Positions 49,434-57,060 of a DNA stretch of 64,000 nt are shown here, piece after piece. A program made the translations under genes and the position numbers. The DNA is from an uncultured Flavobacteriaceae bacterium (GTDB lineage: Bacteria; Bacteroidota; Bacteroidia; Flavobacteriales; Flavobacteriaceae), in NCBI GenBank assembly GCA_905480425.1, contig CAJQQG010000013.1:5017-69016 (forward strand), written 5' to 3'. Under the pieces are notes generated by a model that was not told the DNA's origin, ran no database searches, and saw only the letters and a list, made by a program, of their open reading frames with translations. Position 1 is the stretch's first letter. Every line of letters begins with the position of its first letter.

Positions 49434-50354
49434 TTATTCTAAAAGAGAAGCATTATAATAAACATCTTCACGAACAATATTACCTTCTTGGTTAAAAGAC
49501 ATTTGACTGTGAACGGGCATCACTTTTATTTCTCCAGATTTTTTATCTTTCAAAGTGAATTTCATCCAAGTTAATGTAACTCCACCGTTTCCTTCGTAAT
49601 CCAAATAATCTGGATATCCAACTTCGTCAAGTGATACTATATCAAATTGGCTAAATATATTTTTTACGTTTTCAATGTGCTCATCTAATGTTTTAAAATT
49701 CTTGTCTATTAAGTTACTGTCATAGATTCTAGCTTTTTTACTAAAATCTTTAAAAGTGGCCTCCATGTCTCCATGTTCAAGATTGTAGTAAATTTGTCTT
49801 ACTGTCCCAATATTAGGATGGTCTTTATATATAGTTCCATTTTTTATAGTTTCCCTAGATAAACTCCATTTATTCCATGCTGCCTGATTATCAGACCAAA
49901 GTAACAGTCTGATTTTCTCACCACTTTTATCAAATATAAAAGTACTGTTTCTAGGTGTTTTAAGTTTAAATCCATTGTTCTTATCCCAAGCTGTTAAAAC
50001 TTGATAAGTAACAACGTGTAATCCATCTTTTTTATATTCAATTGCATCAGGATATGAAGCCCCTCTGTTTTTAAGTGATATATCAACAAAATTATTATTT
50101 ATGTATGTTGATTGCCCAACTAAATTATTAATGTCACCAGCTTTGTTGTTGGGATTGTTTGACATTGAATTCCACATTTTAAAATCTTTGGAAACTAAAG
50201 ATTTTAAAATGGCTATATCTCCTTGTTCATATGCTTTATTAAATTTTTCTGCAATATCAATAGCTGGATGTTTATCAAAAACTTTTCCATTATTCTTTTT
50301 TTGTGAAATTCCTATAATTGGAAATAAAATAAGAATTAATAATATTTTTTTCAT
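49434..50354 (-). CDS. secreted protein with two tandem NTF2/SnoaL-like domains (unknown function)
   Basis: Signal peptide and two repeats of the SnoaL-like opening pattern (IAEKFNKAYEQGDIAILKSLVSKDF.. and VRQIYYNLEHGDMEATFKDFSKKA..). Confidence 0.45.
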   Translation of the reverse strand: MKKILLILILFPIIGISQKKNNGKVFDKHPAIDIAEKFNKAYEQGDIAILKSLVSKDFKMWNSMSNNPNNKAGDINNLVGQSTYINNNFVDISLKNRGASYPDAIEYKKDGLHVVTYQVLTAWDKNNGFKLKTPRNSTFIFDKSGEKIRLLLWSDNQAAWNKWSLSRETIKNGTIYKDHPNIGTVRQIYYNLEHGDMEATFKDFSKKARIYDSNLIDKNFKTLDEHIENVKNIFSQFDIVSLDEVGYPDYLDYEGNGGVTLTWMKFTLKDKKSGEIKVMPVHSQMSFNQEGNIVREDVYYNASLLE

Positions 50355-50474
50355 GTTAAGTGATTTATGATTAATTAAGTTTAAATGTATTAAATAATAA
50401 TTTATTTTAAAGTAGTAAGTAGATTATTATACTTTCATTAAACAAGTATATATTTGTCAAAATCCGAATTAACT

Positions 50475-51350
50475 ATGAGAAACTTAGTAATAGAAAATAT
50501 TTCAAAAACTTACCCCAATAACGTAAAAGCATTAAATAATGTGTCTATTAAAATATCTAGTGGTATGTTTGGTTTACTTGGACCAAATGGAGCTGGGAAG
50601 TCATCCTTAATGAGGACTATAGCAACATTGCAGGAAGCAGATTCAGGATCAATCTTTTTTGATGACTTAAATGTTTTAGACAGCAGTAAAGAGTTTCGTC
50701 AGCAATTGGGATATCTTCCTCAAGAATTTGGAGTATACCCAAGAATAACTGCAGAACAATTATTAGATCATATTGCAACTTTGAAGGGTTTCTCCTCAAA
50801 AAAAGAAAGAAAAGAATTAGTTGACTTTCTACTTCAAAAAGTCAACTTATATGACAAGAAAAATAAAAGTGTAAAAGGTTTTTCTGGTGGAATGAAACAA
50901 AGGATTGGGATAGCACAATCATTGATAGGTAATCCTAAAATTTTAATTGTTGATGAACCAACTGCTGGACTTGATCCAGGTGAAAGAAATCGATTTTATG
51001 ACTTACTATCTGATGTTGGGGAAGATGTTATTGTAATTCTTTCAACCCACATAGTAGATGATGTTAGGGAGTTATGTACTCAAATGGCTATAATGAATCA
51101 TGGTGAAATTGTTTTTAATGGATCTCCTGATGAGGGAATAAATTCTTTAAAGGGTAAGGTTTTTCAAAAACATATATCAAAATCTGAACTTGAAACATAC
51201 AAGCAAAATCATCAAGTCATTTCAAATAAATTAATAGCGGGTAAGCCAATTATTCATGTGTTAAATAGCACTATTCCAGATAAAACTTTTAAGAAGATTG
51301 AGCCATCTCTTGAAGATGTTTTTTTCACTAAGATTCAAAACAAAAAATAA
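50475..51350 (+). CDS. ABC transporter ATP-binding protein (ABC-2/DrrA-type)
   Basis: Walker A GPNGAGKSS, Q-loop, signature FSGGMKQRIGIAQSL, Walker B ILIVDEPTAGLD and an H-loop STH. I chose the ATG at 50475 (the track starts at TTG 50454). Confidence 0.9.
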   Translation: MRNLVIENISKTYPNNVKALNNVSIKISSGMFGLLGPNGAGKSSLMRTIATLQEADSGSIFFDDLNVLDSSKEFRQQLGYLPQEFGVYPRITAEQLLDHIATLKGFSSKKERKELVDFLLQKVNLYDKKNKSVKGFSGGMKQRIGIAQSLIGNPKILIVDEPTAGLDPGERNRFYDLLSDVGEDVIVILSTHIVDDVRELCTQMAIMNHGEIVFNGSPDEGINSLKGKVFQKHISKSELETYKQNHQVISNKLIAGKPIIHVLNSTIPDKTFKKIEPSLEDVFFTKIQNKK

Positions 51351-51355
51351 TAGAT

Positions 51356-54300
51356 ATGTTCAAGATTTTTTTCCTTTCTGAACTAAAGTATAGTTTTAGA
51401 AATCCAATGGTTTATTTATTTTTTCTCATTGTTTTTTTACTAGTTTTCTTTGCAAACGTTTCAGATAATGTCTCAATTGGAGGTTCAATAGGTAATGTTT
51501 ACAGAAATGCACCAAATGTCATAACTACCTTTTCAATAATTATGACTCTTTTTGGATTATTGTTTGCCGCTGCATTTTTCAATAATTCTGCTTTAAGAGA
51601 TCACAAAAATAATTTTCAAGAAATTATTTTTTCTAAGCCCATAGATAAGTTTGGATATTTTATGGGTAAGTTTTCAGCCTCCTTACTGCTCTCTACCATT
51701 CCTTTAACTGGAGTTTTTTTCGCGGTTATAATTGGATCAAAAATTGCTCCATTAATGGGTTGGATTGAGCCTGAAAGATATGGCCCATTATATTTTCAGA
51801 CTTTCGTTTCTAATTATTTTATTTTTATTCTTCCAAATATGTTTATTGGAGGGGCAATAATTTATTCTTTAGCTCAACAATTTAAAAATACTACAGTCTC
51901 GTTTGTTGGAGCAATGTTGATTTTAGTTGGGTATTCAATAGCAGGAGAATTAACTTCAGATATTGATAATGAGAAAATTGCAGCTCTAGTTGATACTTTT
52001 GGAATCGGGACTTATAACATTACTTCTAAATATTATACCCCACTTGAGAAAAATACTCTAAATCCCTCATTATCAGGATTACTTTTATATAATAGAATTA
52101 TTTGGATTGGTCTCGCCTCTCTAATATTATTGGCTTCATATTCAAGATTTACTTTTTCTACTAAAAAAACCAAAAAGAATAAGATTAAAGCTGAAACCGT
52201 AAATAATGAATTACTAGTTTCTGTAAAATCACTTCCAGAATCTGAGATAAGTAAAGACTCTATGTTTACTCATTTTAAAAGTTTTTTTAAACTCAACATG
52301 AGTAGCGTATTTAAACATGTAACTTTTAAAATATTATTTGTCTTTAGTATTATTCAACTAATCGCAGGACTAGCTTCAGGTTATGAATATTTTGGTCTCA
52401 AATCATATCCTCTTACCAACTTAATGATTGATCAAATTAGTGGTTCTTCGGGCTTATTTATAATCATCATTTTAGTCTTTTTTAGTGGGGAATTGGTTTG
52501 GAGGGATCGTGATGTACAAATAAATGAGGTCATTGACTCAACTCCCCATTCTTCATTAGTCCCACTTTTCTCAAAAGCTTTATCACTACTTTCTTTATCT
52601 ATATTAATTCATTTTGCCCTTGTTTTTGTAACTATAATTTATCAATTAGTAATGGGCTATACTGAGATTGAATTTGCTTTATATCTCAAAGACTTTATGT
52701 ATAATTTATTTCCTTTTTACTTTACTACATGTGCATCTGTTGTTGCAATTCAAGTGATTGTGAATAATAAATATATAGGTTATGTCGTGTCAGTCATTGT
52801 CCTATTAGTCTTGGATATCATATTGGTAGTTTTAGACATAAGTTCTAATATGATTTCATTTGCCGCGACTCCATATATGATATATTCTGATTTAAATGGT
52901 TTTGGGCCAAGCAATATAGGAGTCTTTTGGTTTAGTGTTTACTGGATGTTATTTGCCATGTTTTTATTTACTTTATCAGGATTTATTTGGAATAGGGGTA
53001 CAGTAAAAAATTTTATAGAACGACTTAATGGTTTTAAGAGTAATACCAGTAGGCCTTATGTAATTATAGTTTCCTTAATAGGAGTGTTTTGGATAACTGT
53101 ATCTTTTTTTGTGTATTATAATTCTCAGATATTAAACACATATAATTCAATCGATAGATCGGAAGAATTGGCTGTTTCTTATGAGAACATCTACAAAAAA
53201 TTTAATACTCTTCCTCTTCCTAAAATAATTGAGGCAAAATACAATATTGATATTTTTCCAAAAAAGAAAAGTGCTGATGTATTAGCCCTGCTAACTGTTA
53301 TAAATGACAGTAAAAAACCAATTGATAGTATTCTTTTAAACGTAAACAAACAATGGGATCTGACTTTTGATTTCCCTAATGCATCCATAATTAGTAAAGA
53401 TGATGATCATGGTGTTCATTTTTATGGTATTAATCCTCCTATGCTTCCAGGTGACACATTGATTTTGAAAATCAATAATAAGTTTGAAACTAAAGGCTTT
53501 TCTAATGGTGGTGAGACAACTAGTATAGTTAAAAATGGTTCTTTTTTAAATAATTTTGAAATTTTGGCTGACGTAGGTTATAATTCAAATAAAGAATTAA
53601 GTGATAAAAATAAAAGAACTAAGTCTGGTTTACCTTCAAAGGAACGAATGCCAGAATTAGAAATTGATTGTGGTGTGAATTGTAACAAAAACTACTTAAC
53701 GAATGGTTTTTCAGATTATATTAATGTAGAAACTATAATTTCTACAAGTAGTGACCAAATCGCGATAGCTCCCGGATCATTAATTAAAGAGTGGGTTCAA
53801 GATGAAAGAAAATATTATCAGTATAAAGTTGATCATCCATCTCAAAACTTTTATTCTTTTATATCAGCAGATTATAAAATAGCTAAACGAAAATGGAATG
53901 AAATCGATATTGAGATTTATTACGATTCAAAACATTCCGTAAATATTGAAATGATGCTAGATGCTGTTGAGAGATCTCTTGAGTATTACACTGAAAATTT
54001 TGGACCCTATTACCATAAGCAATGTAGAATAATTGAATTTCCAAGATTTTCTAATTTCGCACAAGCTTTTCCTGGAACCATGCCTTATTCTGAATCGTTT
54101 GGTTTTATAATTGACCTTGAAGATGAAGAGGATAATAATGTGATTGATGCTGTAATTGCCCATGAAATGGCACATCAATGGTGGGCTCACCAAGTAGTTG
54201 GAGCAGATATGCAAGGTGGTACTCTTTTAAGCGAGGCCTTTTCAGAATATTCATCTTTAATGACTCTCAAGAAAATGGCAAAAACACCAATGAAAATGCG

Positions 54301-54934
54301 GGAAATGTTAAAATATGATCACGATAGATATTTAAGGGGCAGGTCTGGTGAACGTGAAAAGGAATTACCTCTATATAAAGTAGAAAACCAAAGCTATATT
54401 CATTACGGAAAAGGGAGCGTTATTCTTTACGCTTTACAAGATTACATAGGAGAAGATAAAGTCAATAGTTCAATGAAAGATTTTTTAGAGAAGTACAGGT
54501 ATAAAACTCCTTATCCAACCTCATTAGATTTTTTAGATATATTAGAATCAAAAATCCCAGATTCTTTGAATTATTTAATTGATGATTGGTTTAAAGAAAT
54601 CACCCTTTATGATAATAGATTAAAAACAGCTACCGCAAAAAAACTAGAAAATGGGAAATATGAAGTTAAAATTGAAATTGCTGCATCAAAAATAAAGGCT
54701 GACTCTTTAGGTAATGAAATAGCAGTAACTTTAAATGAATGGATTGATATAGGTGTCTTTTCAGATATGGATGAAAAAGAGCTTATTTATCAAAAAAGAG
54801 TTAGGGTAAATGATACTTTGATGAATTTTTCTATGGTAGTCGATTCATTACCATTAAAGGCAGGTATTGACCCTAGACATATTTTAATTGATAGAGTATT
54901 TGATGATAACATAAAAACAGTTAATATCCAATAG
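51356..54934 (+). CDS. fusion protein: internally duplicated ABC-2-type permease (about 13 TM) + C-terminal M1-family (gluzincin) zinc peptidase domain
   Basis: 1192 aa. Residues 1-590 contain about 13 hydrophobic segments in two halves split by a K-rich linker (STKKTKKNKIK). The C-terminal half carries HEMAHQWW (nt 54161-54175) with a downstream Glu (LLSEAFSEY), as in M1 peptidases. It starts 5 nt after the ATPase gene. Confidence 0.8.
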   Translation: MFKIFFLSELKYSFRNPMVYLFFLIVFLLVFFANVSDNVSIGGSIGNVYRNAPNVITTFSIIMTLFGLLFAAAFFNNSALRDHKNNFQEIIFSKPIDKFGYFMGKFSASLLLSTIPLTGVFFAVIIGSKIAPLMGWIEPERYGPLYFQTFVSNYFIFILPNMFIGGAIIYSLAQQFKNTTVSFVGAMLILVGYSIAGELTSDIDNEKIAALVDTFGIGTYNITSKYYTPLEKNTLNPSLSGLLLYNRIIWIGLASLILLASYSRFTFSTKKTKKNKIKAETVNNELLVSVKSLPESEISKDSMFTHFKSFFKLNMSSVFKHVTFKILFVFSIIQLIAGLASGYEYFGLKSYPLTNLMIDQISGSSGLFIIIILVFFSGELVWRDRDVQINEVIDSTPHSSLVPLFSKALSLLSLSILIHFALVFVTIIYQLVMGYTEIEFALYLKDFMYNLFPFYFTTCASVVAIQVIVNNKYIGYVVSVIVLLVLDIILVVLDISSNMISFAATPYMIYSDLNGFGPSNIGVFWFSVYWMLFAMFLFTLSGFIWNRGTVKNFIERLNGFKSNTSRPYVIIVSLIGVFWITVSFFVYYNSQILNTYNSIDRSEELAVSYENIYKKFNTLPLPKIIEAKYNIDIFPKKKSADVLALLTVINDSKKPIDSILLNVNKQWDLTFDFPNASIISKDDDHGVHFYGINPPMLPGDTLILKINNKFETKGFSNGGETTSIVKNGSFLNNFEILADVGYNSNKELSDKNKRTKSGLPSKERMPELEIDCGVNCNKNYLTNGFSDYINVETIISTSSDQIAIAPGSLIKEWVQDERKYYQYKVDHPSQNFYSFISADYKIAKRKWNEIDIEIYYDSKHSVNIEMMLDAVERSLEYYTENFGPYYHKQCRIIEFPRFSNFAQAFPGTMPYSESFGFIIDLEDEEDNNVIDAVIAHEMAHQWWAHQVVGADMQGGTLLSEAFSEYSSLMTLKKMAKTPMKMREMLKYDHDRYLRGRSGEREKELPLYKVENQSYIHYGKGSVILYALQDYIGEDKVNSSMKDFLEKYRYKTPYPTSLDFLDILESKIPDSLNYLIDDWFKEITLYDNRLKTATAKKLENGKYEVKIEIAASKIKADSLGNEIAVTLNEWIDIGVFSDMDEKELIYQKRVRVNDTLMNFSMVVDSLPLKAGIDPRHILIDRVFDDNIKTVNIQ

Positions 54935-55026
54935 TTTTTTTATAACTAATGGTTTTAGACTTTATTCAACAATTTAATTTGCTGACACATAGAATTTCTT
55001 TAAATTAAAAGTTAAAAAATATTGTT

Positions 55027-55944
55027 ATGAAATTAATCCCTTTTACACTTTTGATTATACTAACCCATACAGCTGTTATGGGTCAACAAATTATCTCTCT
55101 CTGGCCTGAAGGTATTCCCAATCAAAACGTTTCCAAGGAAGAAGAAAAAATAATACACACTAATATTGTCAAAATAGAAAACATTCAGGCGCCCTCCCTA
55201 GAAGTTTATCTTCCTTCAAAAGCTAATCATACCGGAAAAGCAGTGGTCATTTGTCCCGGAGGAGGATATAGATTTCTTGCCTATGACTGGGAGGGTACGG
55301 ATATTGCAAAATGGTTTAATTCAAAAGGAATTGCAGCTTTTGTTCTTAAATATCGACTCCCAACATCACCCACCTTAATAAATCCCCAATGGGCACCCTT
55401 GCAAGATGCACAACGCGCAATCCGTATTGTGCGTCAAAATGCAGAACAATGGAATATTGATGGTTCTCAAATTGGCGTTATGGGTTTTTCAGCAGGAGGT
55501 CATCTGGCTTCCACTTTAGGCACGCACTATAATGAAGACACCTTAAAAGGAATTAATACCGATCCCATCAATTCAATAAGTGCTCGCCCTGATTTTATGA
55601 TGCTTATTTATCCAGTTATTACCTTTGATAAAAAATATTATCATGGTGGATCAAAAAATGCACTTGTTGGTGAAAATGCTAAGCAAGAAACCGTTGATTA
55701 TTTTTCCAATAACCTTCAAGTTACTAAAGACACACCTTCTACGTTCTTAGTTCATACTGCAGATGATAAAGCAGTCCCTGTAGCAAACAGCATATTGTTT
55801 TATGAAGCTTTAATAAAACAAAAAGTCCCTGCTGAGATGCATTTGTACCCCGAAGGTGGACATGGGTATTCTTTTGCAATTGGAAAGGGTCGCCTTGAAG
55901 GATGGACCGATCGTTTATATGAGTGGATTCGTGAATTAGAATGA
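55027..55944 (+). CDS. secreted alpha/beta-hydrolase esterase (Abhydrolase_3/BD-FAE-like)
   Basis: Signal peptide, oxyanion CPGGGY, nucleophile GFSAGGH, then a C-terminal D..H (TADDKAV..., GGHGY). Confidence 0.75.
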   Translation: MKLIPFTLLIILTHTAVMGQQIISLWPEGIPNQNVSKEEEKIIHTNIVKIENIQAPSLEVYLPSKANHTGKAVVICPGGGYRFLAYDWEGTDIAKWFNSKGIAAFVLKYRLPTSPTLINPQWAPLQDAQRAIRIVRQNAEQWNIDGSQIGVMGFSAGGHLASTLGTHYNEDTLKGINTDPINSISARPDFMMLIYPVITFDKKYYHGGSKNALVGENAKQETVDYFSNNLQVTKDTPSTFLVHTADDKAVPVANSILFYEALIKQKVPAEMHLYPEGGHGYSFAIGKGRLEGWTDRLYEWIRELE

Positions 55945-56130
55945 TAAAATAGTAAGGATTTTTCAGTTCAGTAAATTATCCTAAAATTAAAGAGGTAAGT
56001 ATCTTAGTCAAAGAGACGCTAGCCTAAAAAAACTTCAAAAGAATATTAGATAAGGGTAATGGTGCTCAGCAATAGAGTTGAGTTAGACCATTACATTAAT
56101 AATTAAAGATGATACATTATAGTAGACACA

Positions 56131-56664
56131 CTATAAATTTTTGCTAAATGATTCAATACGTGCGTTGAACTCAATTTTCATTTTTTCGTCTATTAGACCT
56201 ATTTTAGAATCAAAATTTTGATAAAAATTTGGAAGGGAAAAACTAGGAATATCTAATTGACCACCTTTTGAAATCCTATCATGTGCCATTTTAAGAACAG
56301 TAATTGCTCCTCTTGCTCCATCGGAGGTAGCTAGTAAAAACATCGGTTTGTTGAACCAAACTATTTTTTCAACTCTTGAAATCCAATCAAAGATATTTTT
56401 GAAAGCGGCAGTATAAGCCCCATTATGCTCAGCAAAAGAAATTATAATCCCATCAGCAGAACTCAATGTCTTTTTGAACTTAAATGCTTGTTTTGGAATA
56501 CCGAATTCATTTTCATAATCCACACTGTAAATCGGCATTTCAAAATCATTTAGATCTAATAAATTAACTTCAGCATCTTCAATTTGTTTTGCTGCAAAAT
56601 TCGCTAAAATTTTATTAATGGATTTCTTTGATGAACTAGCACCAAAAGCAATAATTTTTTTCAT
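56131..56664 (-). CDS. NADPH-dependent FMN reductase-family flavoprotein
   Basis: MKKIIAFGASSSKKSINK..., a flavodoxin-like NAD(P)H:FMN reductase pattern (EHNGAYTAAFKN). I chose the start at 56664. Confidence 0.75.
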   Translation of the reverse strand: MKKIIAFGASSSKKSINKILANFAAKQIEDAEVNLLDLNDFEMPIYSVDYENEFGIPKQAFKFKKTLSSADGIIISFAEHNGAYTAAFKNIFDWISRVEKIVWFNKPMFLLATSDGARGAITVLKMAHDRISKGGQLDIPSFSLPNFYQNFDSKIGLIDEKMKIEFNARIESFSKNL

Positions 56665-56685
56665 CACGGTTAATTTTAATTTTAA

Positions 56686-56693
56686 CAAAAATA
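56686..56693 (-). promoter_or_regulatory. Bacteroidota-type -7 box TATTTTTG upstream of the FMN reductase gene
   Basis: The reverse complement of CAAAAATA, 21 nt upstream of ATG 56664. It abuts the inverted repeat GTGTAAA-ctt-TTTACAC (56695-56711). Confidence 0.35.
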
Positions 56694-56891
56694 CGTGTAA
56701 ACTTTTTACACTTGTAATATGGTTAAGCTAATTATTGAAGATTGACTAATTCTAATTAAAGAAAATATAATAATAAATAATTAACGAAAGAATGTCAGTA
56801 AATAGAACCAAAATACAGCGAATACTTTAGTAAATTTATTGGGGCTCGTATTTTGGTCACCCTACAATTTTTAATAATATCAAAAAGTCTA

Positions 56892-57042
56892 TTTTTTTAT
56901 CATTTTCACCTCATTTTATCACTTTTTAAGCATTTTTTACTCATTTTTGATCAATTATGAGTCATTTCAACTATTTTTTAAAATTATTTTTTAAGACTTT
57001 ACGAAGACATTTCACTTGCTTTAAATAGTTTTAATTACTTTT
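56892..57042 (+). other. helically phased T-tract array (probable intrinsically curved upstream DNA)
   Basis: 15 T-runs start at 56892, 56903, 56914, 56923, 56933, 56944, 56955, 56965, 56974, 56987, 56998, 57010, 57020, 57029 and 57039, a mean spacing of 147/14 = 10.5 bp, counted directly from the sequence. Confidence 0.6.
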
Positions 57043-57060
57043 CACTTAAATAAATTAAAA

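Noticed and set aside
56841-56862. GGGGCTCGTATTTTGGTCACCC, which resembles the 5' end of a tmRNA or tRNA-like acceptor.
   Set aside because: There is no matching 3' acceptor strand, T-arm (GTTCRANYC) or tag-reading frame nearby. It is better explained as one arm of a 10-bp inverted repeat.
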